Program-made: the position numbers and the translations under genes
The notes under the pieces: generated by a model
The model's input: the letters and a program-made list of their open reading frames with translations, nothing else
The model's database searches: none
What the model was told of the DNA's origin: nothing
Shown: positions 48,028-57,712 of the stretch, in pieces
Numbering within the stretch: position 1 is the stretch's first letter
How the letters are laid out: the number at the start of each line of letters is the position of its first letter
Assembly: GCA_018825365.1 (NCBI GenBank)
Contig: JAHJEV010000001.1
Span: forward strand, 57,601-121,600
Direction: 5' to 3'
Length of the DNA stretch: 64,000 bases
Source of the DNA: Patescibacteria group bacterium
Lineage (GTDB): Bacteria; Patescibacteriota; WWE3; UBA101185; UBA10185

Positions 48028-48679
48028 GGGCAGTTTTTGAAAATTCCCTATACTTTTCTTTGGGATTTTCTGAATTAAATATTGCAGAACCAATGACTAT
48101 ATTGTCAACTCTGGTGCTTAGTATCTGAGGTAGGGTAGTGTCATTTACCCCGCCATCTATTTGTATTGTTATAGAGGGATGCTCCTTTTTAAAGGCTGTA
48201 ATTTTTGGGAGTACTGCCTGAATAAAGCTATTTCCCTGCTTTCCCGGAACTATTGCCATGAACTGAGCAAAATCTATGTTTTCTACATAAGGGTTAATGA
48301 GTTTATTGTCTTGATCTGTGTTTATGGACACACCCGTTTTATACCCAAGTTTTTTTGCAAGTTTAATAAAAGTTTTCATTTGCAACGGATCTACAAGCTG
48401 GGTAAACACGGTACTCACATTCTTGATTTTTACTGTTTTGGAGGGAATAAACTTTCTATTCTTGTTTAAGAAATCAACTGGATTTATAACCATCAAATGT
48501 AACTGAAGTTCCGCTTGCGTCTCGATCTTATCCAGTTTTTCTATTTCCAGAAATGTTTTTCCATCAACAAGCTTGTCGTCAGCTATGTCTATTTGAATAA
48601 TTGAAGCCACGTTCTCAATGATTTTGATTTTCTCGACAACTTTTTCAAATGTGGGTTCCAATATAACTGGAATTATCAT
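48005..48679 (-). CDS. rpe: Ribulose-phosphate 3-epimerase-like TIM-barrel
   Basis: 'IIQIDIADDKLVDGKTF' and 'LHLMVINP' resemble the RPE metal-binding motifs (hlDvMDG / HLMV). Context with rpiB and transketolase supports the call. Confidence 0.65.
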   Translation of the reverse strand: MIIPVILEPTFEKVVEKIKIIENVASIIQIDIADDKLVDGKTFLEIEKLDKIETQAELQLHLMVINPVDFLNKNRKFIPSKTVKIKNVSTVFTQLVDPLQMKTFIKLAKKLGYKTGVSINTDQDNKLINPYVENIDFAQFMAIVPGKQGNSFIQAVLPKITAFKKEHPSITIQIDGGVNDTTLPQILSTRVDNIVIGSAIFNSENPKEKYREFSKTAHGSSSNY

Positions 48680-49116
48680 TTTAGTAGGGAATCTAGTTTG
48701 TCCAACCTTCTTTTTCTTCTTTCTTCTGTACCAAAAGGTGTGTTTAACCAGCTGTCCGTTATTTCTACAGCTTTCGTTTCGTCTATGTAGTCGGCCGGCA
48801 GCACTAGTATATTAGAAAAATCATCGTGTCTTGATGATGCAGCTTGCTTCGGATCCCATGATAAAGCTGCTCTGACGCCTTTAAACCTGTTTGCGACGAC
48901 ACTCATACCGACACCGTTTCGGCATAACAAAATACCGATATCCTCCGAGTTCTTGTCGATTTTCTTGGCAAGTTGTACTGCAAAATCAGGGTAATCATCA
49001 TCCATATTCAGTTTCGTAGGGCCCAAATCTTCAATTTTAATCCCTTTGTTCTTGTAATAATCCACAAGGTAGTTTTTTAACTTAAATCCTCCATGATCGG
49101 ATGAGATGTATATCAT
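48676..49116 (-). CDS. rpiB: Ribose-5-phosphate isomerase B
   Basis: 'MIYISSDHGG' and 'ILLCRNGVGMSVVANR' are RpiB/LacAB motifs. Confidence 0.85.
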   Translation of the reverse strand: MIYISSDHGGFKLKNYLVDYYKNKGIKIEDLGPTKLNMDDDYPDFAVQLAKKIDKNSEDIGILLCRNGVGMSVVANRFKGVRAALSWDPKQAASSRHDDFSNILVLPADYIDETKAVEITDSWLNTPFGTEERRKRRLDKLDSLLK

Positions 49117-49853
49117 TTTGTTCCTTTTAGGCTAAGAAATATGACGGATAAGCCTAATACAAGTATAGAGACACATTGAGATACGTTCAAGCCCGATATC
49201 GTCCAAGGATCTATTCTTAAGTATTCTAAAAAGAAACGAATTGTAGAATAAAAGCTAAGATAAATGGCCAAGAATGTGCCGTTTTTGAAAATGCATTTCT
49301 TACTTTTGTATAAGGAAAATAGAACGAGGAACAAAACGAAATTTAATACAGATTCGTATAAGAAAAGCGGATGGAATTTTTCAAAATTTGCAAATGGTGC
49401 GGGTCTGTTTTGCGGTTCGATAAATATTCCCCAGGGTAGGTTAGTTGGGAGTCCGAAGATTTCCTGGTTTAAAAAGTTTCCCCATCTACCTATTGCCTGT
49501 CCCAAGGGTAGTGATATCGCTATTAAGTCAAACCACAGGAGCACCTTTTGTTTTTTGATCTTAAGATATAAAAAAGCACCCGCTGCTCCTCCTAATATTG
49601 CTCCCCATATTCCAAGTCCACCCTTAGAAATTTCAAATACTTTTAGTAGGTTAGTTGAATAGTAGGGTAAACTGCTTACTACATGATAGAGTCTGGCACC
49701 GATTATTCCGCACAATATAGACCAAAAAGTAACCCCCCAGAAAATATTACTATCTTTACTTTTTACAAAAGATCTGACAACAAAAAGACAGGAAATTATG
49801 GACAGAGTTATCAAAAGACCGTAAAGATTTGGCACTAGAAGATGTATAAACAA
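49113..49853 (-). CDS. lgt: Prolipoprotein diacylglyceryl transferase
   Basis: Lgt signature 'GRWGNFLNQEIFG'. Polytopic membrane protein. Confidence 0.8.
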   Translation of the reverse strand: MFIHLLVPNLYGLLITLSIISCLFVVRSFVKSKDSNIFWGVTFWSILCGIIGARLYHVVSSLPYYSTNLLKVFEISKGGLGIWGAILGGAAGAFLYLKIKKQKVLLWFDLIAISLPLGQAIGRWGNFLNQEIFGLPTNLPWGIFIEPQNRPAPFANFEKFHPLFLYESVLNFVLFLVLFSLYKSKKCIFKNGTFLAIYLSFYSTIRFFLEYLRIDPWTISGLNVSQCVSILVLGLSVIFLSLKGTK

Positions 49854-50380
49854 TAAATCAGAACTAACATCAAAAACATGATAAATCCAATGATTCCTGT
49901 TTTAGTCGGTTTTACTTTCATAGCCCAAAACCATTCTGCTGTTTTACCTTCAAACAAACTTTCGATAAGTTTGTAAATAGAACTTGCGAAGGTAGAAAGT
50001 ATTAAGGCCTTTATCAGAAGAGACTGGGAAGCATACACTGCAAAGATGGCAATTGGTACCAAAATTGCTTGAAACAGGGCGCTATTTAGGGCTCTGTCCG
50101 TTAGCTCACTTTTATGTGTGTTAACAAATCCGATAAGCCCGCCAAAGTCTTTGTGTTTAATGTACCCGATGATTGATTTTGAAAATTCTGTATTTGGTTC
50201 AAGTATGTATGCATACATTACATACTCCAGATCAAGAACGAATGTTCCCAGAAGACATCCGATTACAATTTCGGATATTGGCCATGGTCTTCTAATAACC
50301 CCAAGAGCAAGTAGGGTAATAGTTAAAGTCGCTGAAATTAATAGAGGTAGTTTGTAATAATTAAGGATTTTTCTAATCAC
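49835..50380 (-). CDS. Hypothetical polytopic membrane protein
   Basis: 181 aa. Four to five TM helices. Overlaps the lgt start. Confidence 0.35.
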   Translation of the reverse strand: MIRKILNYYKLPLLISATLTITLLALGVIRRPWPISEIVIGCLLGTFVLDLEYVMYAYILEPNTEFSKSIIGYIKHKDFGGLIGFVNTHKSELTDRALNSALFQAILVPIAIFAVYASQSLLIKALILSTFASSIYKLIESLFEGKTAEWFWAMKVKPTKTGIIGFIMFLMLVLIYCLYIF

Positions 50381-50417
50381 AATTTAATAATACTATCACG
50401 GAAGATAAGTTCAACAT

Positions 50418-50705
50418 CTAGGGCTTTTTCGTGTTGGTTTTTTCATCCTTGGCTTTTTTTAATTGCCCGAGTTTCCACATAAAAAGCCTTCCTTTGGTTG
50501 TTGCCTTTTTAGACTCCAAAACTGAAACACGCGCTTCTTCAAGAAGGTTCCTGTCCTCATTCTTGGCCAGTTTTATATATAGGGTTCTATGTTTTTTATC
50601 GTTTAGTTCCTCAGCAAGTCTGTTTCCATAAGCCTGAAACTCATGAGAACATCTGTAGTCGCGTGCCATTTTCCTGCTTTGTAGTATTTCAGAAAGTTTT
50701 TTCAT
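50418..50705 (-). CDS. Hypothetical basic protein
   Basis: 95 aa, lysine-rich. Lies directly downstream of the ligase gene. Confidence 0.3.
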   Translation of the reverse strand: MKKLSEILQSRKMARDYRCSHEFQAYGNRLAEELNDKKHRTLYIKLAKNEDRNLLEEARVSVLESKKATTKGRLFMWKLGQLKKAKDEKTNTKKP

Positions 50706-50708
50706 TCT

Positions 50709-52520
50709 TTAAGAGTTTTTCGAAAGCTTGTTTTTGTTTTTATACATTTTTACTATTTCATTAAGTGTTGTTGCATCGGTGGGGCTTTTATCCTCTCTAA
50801 ATTTTAAAAGCCTTGGGAATCTTAAGGCATATCCTGCCGTATGGGTAGGGGAGATACTTATCTCATCAGCTCCGATCTCAACAACGATTCTTGGTTCGAC
50901 GAAAACTGCAGGTTTAAATATTTTATCCATCTCAACACTTGCAGGTTTTTCCTTGATTTTTATCTTGTCACACATCAATTTTAGCTTTGTCCAGTCTTCT
51001 TCTGTAAGACCCGTGCCGATTTTTGAAATAGTTTTGAATGTGTCTTTTTCATTGTCATAGACGCCTACAAGAAAACCCCCGATACCGAATTTTGATCTCA
51101 CACCTTTTCCTGAGTAGTAGCCAAGGACAACGCAATCAATTGAATCATTTATAAGGTTTTCGTCTGCGGTTTTGTATTTAACCCACGAGAATGATCTGGC
51201 TCCGGGGTGATAGGAGTCTTCGGGAGTTTTAACCACAAGGCCTTCCAAACCTTTGGATTTGGCTAAATCATAGTATTTCCTAAGCTCCTCAAGTTTTGTT
51301 GTTTCAAATTGCTCATCAACACTTATAACTTCTCCGGGCTCGATAACTTTTTTAAGAATTTCCTTTCTCTCCTTTAAAGGTTTGTCCATTAATGACTTTC
51401 CGTTAAGAAACAAGATATCAAAGATTAAATATTTAAATGGAATATTTTTTGCAGTTTCTGCAACATCATATTTCCTCTTTCTTTGAATAGTTTCTTGGAA
51501 GTGGAGGAATCTTCCAGTTTTTCTATCAAAGCCAATTCCCTCACCATCCAAAATTACAGAGTCTGCTTTGATTTGTTTTTTTGCCGCCGCGATTATTTCC
51601 GGGTACTGGTGAGTGGTCTCCTCAAGATTTCGTGTAAAAGTTTTGATCATAAAATCATTTTTTGTTGTTCCAAAAAGGTCTGATTGTTCATCTTTGTCAT
51701 TCTTTGGCTTCTTATTTTTGTCAAAATGCATCTGAATTCTGGTTCCATCAAACTTAAACTCCGCCCACATGTTTTTTATCCTTTCAGGAATTTCTTCAAT
51801 TCCGCTGACCCTTTGGCATCTTTGGGAAAGAATCGGAACTCCTGTTTCCACATCTATTTTTTCAACACCTCCCATTCCGTCAGTCTTTATCTTTTTAGCG
51901 ATGAGTCCTATGTCCGGGTATATATAAAACTTAGATTCGATTTTCTTTGCCAGTTTTCTATCTTTTAAAAGATTTGCTAAAGACGCAATTATTGTAAGTT
52001 CAGTAAAACCAAGTCGCATTGTGTCCAGGATTATTCTTGTTACGTATTTGGCAGAGAGGGGATCAAGCTCCTTTATCAGTGCGCAGGCCTTTGTGGCTTT
52101 CTGTTCCTGCGACCCGGTTCCTTCGATTTTGGTTATTTCTAGAAGTTTTGAATAAACCTTCGTTATAGAAAGATCGCTTTTGCCTGATTTCTTAAGCTCA
52201 AAAACTACACTTCCCAAATCCCCATACTTTTTATAGAGAGTTGATACCTTTCCTTTGAGGTTTGTCTCTTTCAGGGTAGAGAATGCCTGTTCGATGATTC
52301 GGGTCATCATTTTTTCGGCGATATTGAATTTAACTCCTGCAAAAGCCGATTCCAAATGTCCGGATGCAAGATAAATCGCTTTGTCAGTCTCTTGAGGTGA
52401 TAGGTTAGAGATTAGGTCTGTAAGTATGTCGGTAATTTCCAATCTCTTGGTGGTTTCCTCCAGTTTTTGGAGGTATTTTGCAAGTTCACTAAACTTCATA
52501 TTGGCCTTATTATACTGCAT
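50709..52520 (-). CDS. ATP-dependent DNA ligase (archaeal/eukaryotic Lig I type)
   Basis: Adenylation motif 'AEFKFDGTR' (KxDG). N-terminal DNA-binding domain. OB-fold C-terminus. 603 aa. Confidence 0.8.
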   Translation of the reverse strand: MQYNKANMKFSELAKYLQKLEETTKRLEITDILTDLISNLSPQETDKAIYLASGHLESAFAGVKFNIAEKMMTRIIEQAFSTLKETNLKGKVSTLYKKYGDLGSVVFELKKSGKSDLSITKVYSKLLEITKIEGTGSQEQKATKACALIKELDPLSAKYVTRIILDTMRLGFTELTIIASLANLLKDRKLAKKIESKFYIYPDIGLIAKKIKTDGMGGVEKIDVETGVPILSQRCQRVSGIEEIPERIKNMWAEFKFDGTRIQMHFDKNKKPKNDKDEQSDLFGTTKNDFMIKTFTRNLEETTHQYPEIIAAAKKQIKADSVILDGEGIGFDRKTGRFLHFQETIQRKRKYDVAETAKNIPFKYLIFDILFLNGKSLMDKPLKERKEILKKVIEPGEVISVDEQFETTKLEELRKYYDLAKSKGLEGLVVKTPEDSYHPGARSFSWVKYKTADENLINDSIDCVVLGYYSGKGVRSKFGIGGFLVGVYDNEKDTFKTISKIGTGLTEEDWTKLKLMCDKIKIKEKPASVEMDKIFKPAVFVEPRIVVEIGADEISISPTHTAGYALRFPRLLKFREDKSPTDATTLNEIVKMYKNKNKLSKNS

Positions 52521-52550
52521 TTTTGGGGTATTTATCTCTTTGAGGGTTGG

Positions 52551-53561
52551 TTATCTCAGCTCGTATCTAGAGGATTTAGTGCTTCCCACTTTTTGTACTA
52601 TATCCATATCTATCAATACCTTAAGATCTCTCAAAACTGTATCTTCCGATACATCGGGAAAAAGAATTGGGAAGTCCTTGTTTTGTAATAAACCATAATC
52701 TTGTATGTGTTCCACAATTTTTTCTTGCCTTAAACTTAGTCTGGTTCTTCCTGTAGCTTTTGCTATCTTTATATCCTTTGCAAGAAGCTTCACATTTTGT
52801 GCTGTTGTTGAAACCTCTGATGATAACCCATCTGAAAAATATTCTATCCATCTTGTAAAATCCGGCTCCTCCAAATCAAGAGAGTCTATTTGGTTCTCAT
52901 ATTCGTTTTTTGTATTTTTGTAATAATTTTCCAAAGATATAAAGTCTTTAAAACCATATCCCAGTGTTTTGAGACTGATATAGGTAAGTAGGTTAGAGGA
53001 GACATTGTTTAGTTCCTCAAAAGGCTTGATGACTTCAAGGTAAGCTTTTATTATTGCGGATGTTATTATGGGATGGGTTTCTTTAGCATCTAGGCTGTTA
53101 TACCAATCAAAAAGCTGAACCATCTGAGCCAGTATTTTTTCTGGGGATGTTTTGCCTTGGATTTTTGTTCCTCTGTAAGCCCCCTGTTTTACCTTAGGAA
53201 GTATTCCTTCGGTCAGTGTTTTGTGAATATATTTAAGGTCCACTTCTTCTATTTCGTTGTTTTTTGAAATCTCTTCAGCCAGTTGAGCGGCCACTATTAT
53301 GTTTGTGGTCTCCCGATGGTTTGATCTGCTTACATTATCTATCGAGGCTTTTATTTTTTGTTGATCACCATTTATTCCCAAAAGCTGCAAAGATCCATAA
53401 ATTATTTTTACCAAAGCCTCCTTTTTTAGTTGTAACTCCCACGAGGGCAGTATCGTGGTGTTTTCTATAATGGCTTTGCCATACTCAATAGAGGAGATGT
53501 TTTTAAGTGTCTTTGGGGTTATTGAATATTCCGGCAGAAACATACTGAATAATTCTCGCAT
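52551..53561 (-). CDS. Fic/DOC-family-like protein with degenerate motif and C-terminal winged helix
   Basis: 'THPIITSAIIKAYLEVIKPFEELNNVSS' occupies the place of the Fic HPFx[DE]GNGR motif but lacks GNGR. The C-terminus is wHTH-like. Start placed at the internal Met (MRELFSMF). Confidence 0.35.
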   Translation of the reverse strand: MRELFSMFLPEYSITPKTLKNISSIEYGKAIIENTTILPSWELQLKKEALVKIIYGSLQLLGINGDQQKIKASIDNVSRSNHRETTNIIVAAQLAEEISKNNEIEEVDLKYIHKTLTEGILPKVKQGAYRGTKIQGKTSPEKILAQMVQLFDWYNSLDAKETHPIITSAIIKAYLEVIKPFEELNNVSSNLLTYISLKTLGYGFKDFISLENYYKNTKNEYENQIDSLDLEEPDFTRWIEYFSDGLSSEVSTTAQNVKLLAKDIKIAKATGRTRLSLRQEKIVEHIQDYGLLQNKDFPILFPDVSEDTVLRDLKVLIDMDIVQKVGSTKSSRYELR

Positions 53562-53635
53562 ATTTCCCGCAAAAAAGTAAATATTTTGAATGTTGTGATA
53601 CAATGTTGCCAAAACTAGAGAAAAGGAGAAGAGAT

Positions 53636-53935
53636 ATGGAGACAATCGTTTTGCACTCTTTTAGCAACGACAACTTTATGATTTACCTGGTGAGGCGGGG
53701 AGGGGTGCTCCTCGATCGTGTCGTGGTCAAGATCTGCGTTCGGGGTTCCGAGGTTTTCAAAAAAGAAGTTTTAATTCACCCCGGCTTCCTTGGCTTCAAC
53801 CTGGTGGGGCTCGCCCAGGTGCCAGTAGACCCCTCTGTCCTTAAGGGAGAGGGTGCAGATTTAAGCATCCTTGTGCTCAAGAATGAAAGAGAAGTGTGTC
53901 CCCCCGTGCCTTTCCTGGTTCCACTATCTTCCTAG
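53636..53935 (+). CDS. GC-rich orphan ORF (alternatively part of a structured RNA)
   Basis: AAGGAG RBS 7 nt before ATG. About 99 aa. About 55% GC. Followed by a terminator. No recognisable domain. Confidence 0.25.
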   Translation: METIVLHSFSNDNFMIYLVRRGGVLLDRVVVKICVRGSEVFKKEVLIHPGFLGFNLVGLAQVPVDPSVLKGEGADLSILVLKNEREVCPPVPFLVPLSS

Positions 53936-53958
53936 GCTGAGATTGCGAGAATCTGTTG

Positions 53959-53994
53959 GGCCTCCGGTTTAATATTTAGACCGGAGGTTTTTTA
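53959..53994 (+). terminator. Rho-independent terminator
   Basis: CCTCCGGT-(12 nt)-ACCGGAGG followed by TTTTTTATT. Overlaps the recF stop codon. Confidence 0.55.
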
Positions 53995-55080
53995 TTCTAT
54001 CGGTAGTAAAACTACTCTCAAAGCTTTATCTTTTATAAACTCCAGATTTGCAGTACTTGTTATGGTTGTTTGTTGTCCCTCGATTGTTTGAAGAACCGCT
54101 TCCTGATGTTTTGCATCAAGTTCGGAGAAAATATCATCTAACAAAAGAACTGGTCTTTCTTTTTTAATCTTTTCTATGTATTCAATCTCGGCTAGTTTTA
54201 AAGCTAATACACATGTTCTTTGTTCTCCTCGGGACCCAAATTCAGAAACATTGTGCTTATTAAAATGTATTTCAAAGTCGTCTCTGTGAGGACCTATTAG
54301 ACAGGTTTTTGCTGCTATTTCGCGGTTTTTATACTCTTCTAATCTTTCTTTACTAATCTCATTTTTTTTGTATTCAAGTTCAAGTTTTGTTCCTTCTCCT
54401 CCCAGTTTGATTCCGTTATCGCCAATTATAGATTTTATGTTTTTAAACATCTTGCCTCTTTTTTCCTGAATAAGCATTCCGTTAGTCAGAATCTGGTTTG
54501 TATAAAAATCGATTTGATCCCAGCCACCGGTTCCCTGCGAAATATTTTCTAACAATTTATTTCTTTGTCTAACTGCTTTAACGTAATCGTTTAGTGCTCG
54601 TTTGTAATTTATATCTACCTGAGAAATTAAGTTATCAATATATTTCCTTCTTTCTGATGGAGAACCTGTTGTAAGCTGTATGTCTTCGGGAGAGAAAAGA
54701 ACTGAATTAAATATCCCTGTAAAGTATTGAATGCTTTTTGCAACCTTATTTATTTTCGCTTTTTTTATCGAAAGGTTCCCACCTTTTTCACTACCAATTA
54801 TCTGAAGTTCTAGATCAAATTTCTCCTCGCCCGTGCTTACTTTTGCTGCTACCGTACAAAAGAATTTATTATATTGAATAAGGTCTCTGTCATACCTTGA
54901 CCTGTCAGACCTTCCTGTTGAAAGTAGGTGAATTGCTTCCAATATGTTCGATTTTCCCGAGCCATTGGGTCCTGTTATTAAGGTAAGTTTATCATCAAAA
55001 TCCAGGTTAAGTTTTGAGTGGTTCCTATAATTTGTAAGTTTTAGATTGTATATTTTCATAGGGTTTTTAACGGCTGACAT
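53992..55080 (-). CDS. recF: DNA replication and repair protein RecF
   Basis: 'LTLITGPNGSGKSNILEAI', 'LLLDDIFSELD' and the SMC-like signature. 362 aa. Confidence 0.85.
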   Translation of the reverse strand: MSAVKNPMKIYNLKLTNYRNHSKLNLDFDDKLTLITGPNGSGKSNILEAIHLLSTGRSDRSRYDRDLIQYNKFFCTVAAKVSTGEEKFDLELQIIGSEKGGNLSIKKAKINKVAKSIQYFTGIFNSVLFSPEDIQLTTGSPSERRKYIDNLISQVDINYKRALNDYVKAVRQRNKLLENISQGTGGWDQIDFYTNQILTNGMLIQEKRGKMFKNIKSIIGDNGIKLGGEGTKLELEYKKNEISKERLEEYKNREIAAKTCLIGPHRDDFEIHFNKHNVSEFGSRGEQRTCVLALKLAEIEYIEKIKKERPVLLLDDIFSELDAKHQEAVLQTIEGQQTTITSTANLEFIKDKALRVVLLPIE

Positions 55081-55892
55081 GTGGGACAGAAGTATGTGCC
55101 TCTTCCGTTAATTTTAATAAATTCAACCTTACCATTACACACGTCACAAATATTTTTTAGATAGATTCTAAAGTGGTCCTGTTGACTTCCCGAGTTTCCA
55201 AAAATATCTACGTACATTTTGTCGGGTAGAGTAGAGCCCCTGTTTTTGATTCCCTCATTTAAGATTTCACGGATAGATTTTAAAAGCTTTTTGGCAGACT
55301 CTGGTGTAATATCTTGGGTTGAAGTTTTTGGATTTATATTTGCTAAAAATAAAGCATCTGTTGCATAAATATTGCCCAAACCGGAGATAATTTTTTGGTC
55401 AAGTAGAACATTTTTAATGGTTGTTTTCTTGGATTTAATCGCTTTTAGAAAATTCTCCATCGAGACCGTTTCGTTTAAAGGCATTAACCCATATTTAGAG
55501 GTCAAAATGTCAAGATTATTCTTGCTTAATACTGCCACCTTACCAAACTGTCTCATATCACAGAATTTTAAATGCTTAATTTTGTTATCTTTTTGTAGCT
55601 CTAGTACAATTTTTACCCAATTATCGGTTTCATCAGGTGGTTCTCGTAACAAAATCCTGCCTGTCATTGCAAGGTGGAACACCAAATAACTGTTTTCACC
55701 TAGTTTTAGAACAATATTTTTGGCAATATTGTCTACATCTTGAATTTCTTTACCAATAAGTTCTTTTAAACCCACCTGTACGCTACTGGGTATTTTGTAG
55801 TATTTGGAGATTTGTATGTTTTTTACCTTAAATCCAACAATATTTTTCTTTAAATCTTGTGAAATTGTATGTACTTCTGGAAATTCCGGCAT
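55056..55892 (-). CDS. mutM: Formamidopyrimidine-DNA glycosylase (Fpg/Nei family)
   Basis: N-terminal 'MPEFPEV'. H2TH. C-terminal zinc finger 'CDVCNGKV...CPTCQ'. Confidence 0.85.
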   Translation of the reverse strand: MPEFPEVHTISQDLKKNIVGFKVKNIQISKYYKIPSSVQVGLKELIGKEIQDVDNIAKNIVLKLGENSYLVFHLAMTGRILLREPPDETDNWVKIVLELQKDNKIKHLKFCDMRQFGKVAVLSKNNLDILTSKYGLMPLNETVSMENFLKAIKSKKTTIKNVLLDQKIISGLGNIYATDALFLANINPKTSTQDITPESAKKLLKSIREILNEGIKNRGSTLPDKMYVDIFGNSGSQQDHFRIYLKNICDVCNGKVEFIKINGRGTYFCPTCQPLKTL

Positions 55893-55893
55893 A

Positions 55894-57030
55894 TTAGTTT
55901 TGAGCAGTTTCCTTCTTTTGCATTTCCTCCCATTTTTCTCTTACAAAGTTTTCAAACTCAGTTTTAAATCTCTCTTTCGAGAACTTTTGAGCATATTCTT
56001 TTATTTTTCCATGATCAAATTCCCTATTTTTAATAGCTTTATCAAATTCGACAAGTTTTTCTGATAGGGAATCAACTGTTTCCTCATCGAAAAACATTCC
56101 GGTTTCGTTTTCAATTATCGTTTCCAAATGACCGCCGGATCTGTGAGCAAGTACCGGTTTTCCATGTGCCATTGCTTCAACCGGAACTATTCCAAAATCC
56201 TCATCCGTAACCGGGTTTATGAGTCCCGCAGAATCTTCTAATATTTGATGCTTTTCTTCTTCTGATACCTTTCCCTTAAAGACTATATTTTCTTTTGCTA
56301 TGTCCTTGAGGTGAACCTCTTCTAATCCCGTTCCTATAATAACCAGAGGGAATCGGATGTTATTAAAGGTTTCTACGAGAAGGTCAAAGTTTTTGTATTT
56401 TGATAATCTCCCAACCGCTACGAAGTATGGAACAACTGCCTTTTTTAAACCGTCTTTGGAATTGAAGGAAAAATCAACTGGGGGATGAATAACTTTTGCG
56501 TCTCTACCATAAAATTTGTGAATTCTTTTTCTTGTGGTCTCAGAGTTAGTGATTATAAAGTCAGGTCTTTGTGCAGCAACGTAATCCCAGATTCTAATAA
56601 AGTTTACAAGATAGCTGTAAAAGGGCTTAAAGAATGGTTTTTCCCATTTGGTGGATTCTTGAGAGTATTTGTATAAAAATCTCGGGGGAGTGTGAATATA
56701 AGAAATATGTAGTTGATCTGGTCTCGTGAGTATCCCTTTGTTCCAGGTTGTTCCGTCTGAGATTACAATATCGTATTTTCTGAAATCAAAGCTTTCGAAT
56801 ATTGTTGGCATTGAGAATAGGAAACAAAGCTTTGAGGATAACTTATGAATCAAGCCTTTAGGATAAATAATTTCTTTACCGTTAATATACTTCGACATGT
56901 CATTCGATTTGTATTTGGCGGTGTATATGGGTGAGTCGGGAAATATCTCAGATATTGCCTCAAGGGTTTTTTCTGCCCCTCCGTATTGAACTAAAAACTC
57001 ATGGGCAAGCGCTACTTTGGGTTGTTTCAT
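55894..57030 (-). CDS. GT-B fold glycosyltransferase (GT4-like)
   Basis: C-terminal 'EDFGIVPVEAMAHGKPVLA...SGG' is the E-X7-E-type motif. Confidence 0.8.
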   Translation of the reverse strand: MKQPKVALAHEFLVQYGGAEKTLEAISEIFPDSPIYTAKYKSNDMSKYINGKEIIYPKGLIHKLSSKLCFLFSMPTIFESFDFRKYDIVISDGTTWNKGILTRPDQLHISYIHTPPRFLYKYSQESTKWEKPFFKPFYSYLVNFIRIWDYVAAQRPDFIITNSETTRKRIHKFYGRDAKVIHPPVDFSFNSKDGLKKAVVPYFVAVGRLSKYKNFDLLVETFNNIRFPLVIIGTGLEEVHLKDIAKENIVFKGKVSEEEKHQILEDSAGLINPVTDEDFGIVPVEAMAHGKPVLAHRSGGHLETIIENETGMFFDEETVDSLSEKLVEFDKAIKNREFDHGKIKEYAQKFSKERFKTEFENFVREKWEEMQKKETAQN

Positions 57031-57151
57031 GTTTGTATTATATCTTATTTAGTAATCAATTTTTCGATAGATCCGATATTTAGTAGTCTGATTTCGGGTT
57101 TTATGTATGCAAACTCTTGACACTCCTTCCGAAATATGAGTCCATTTAAAC

Positions 57152-57661
57152 ATGAAGAAAAGCCCCCTAATACCCCTTGTTTTTATAGTTAGTTTGTTTT
57201 TAGTCGTTCCTGCTGCTTTCTGGGTGCTTACCTCAAAAACCTCAGATGAAAACGTCCAGGGTGTCACCATCAAATCCAATGTTAGGGGAGTTTTGGTAAG
57301 GATAGATTCAAATTATGGCAATTGGGACATGGCTAAGTATCTTTGCAAGGATAAAGAAACCTGTGAGGTTTCTCTGATTTCCGGAAAAGGTTTAGATACA
57401 ACAAGTGGAGGACAGGTAGAAAATAGGGATGTTGCGGTTGAGTACACATCTGAGTGGAAAGATTACCAGTATTTAAAAATCTATGTCAGGTCGGGGTGGG
57501 GTTCCCAGGTCAGAGAATTTAAAGTCTCAAAGATCGGAAGTATCCCCGGCATGACTATCGAAAAAATGACTTATGGGGGTTCTGATTATAGTGTTGTTTT
57601 TATTCCGCTTGATAGTATTAGAGAGACCTTATTACCCACAGTCAGATTTTCGGATTTATAA
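57152..57661 (+). CDS. Secreted hypothetical protein
   Basis: 169 aa. N-terminal signal peptide/anchor (LIPLVFIVSLFLVVPAAFWVL). Confidence 0.4.
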   Translation: MKKSPLIPLVFIVSLFLVVPAAFWVLTSKTSDENVQGVTIKSNVRGVLVRIDSNYGNWDMAKYLCKDKETCEVSLISGKGLDTTSGGQVENRDVAVEYTSEWKDYQYLKIYVRSGWGSQVREFKVSKIGSIPGMTIEKMTYGGSDYSVVFIPLDSIRETLLPTVRFSDL

Positions 57662-57712
57662 CTCAACACCCAAGCGTTTTGATTTTCCCGTCTATTGTTC
57701 TAATATTTACTC

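Noticed and set aside
48161-48815. Plus-strand ORFs 48161-48469, 48318-48506 and 48618-48815 overlapping rpe/rpiB
   Set aside because: Antisense to well-supported pentose-phosphate genes. No RBS. Low-complexity products.
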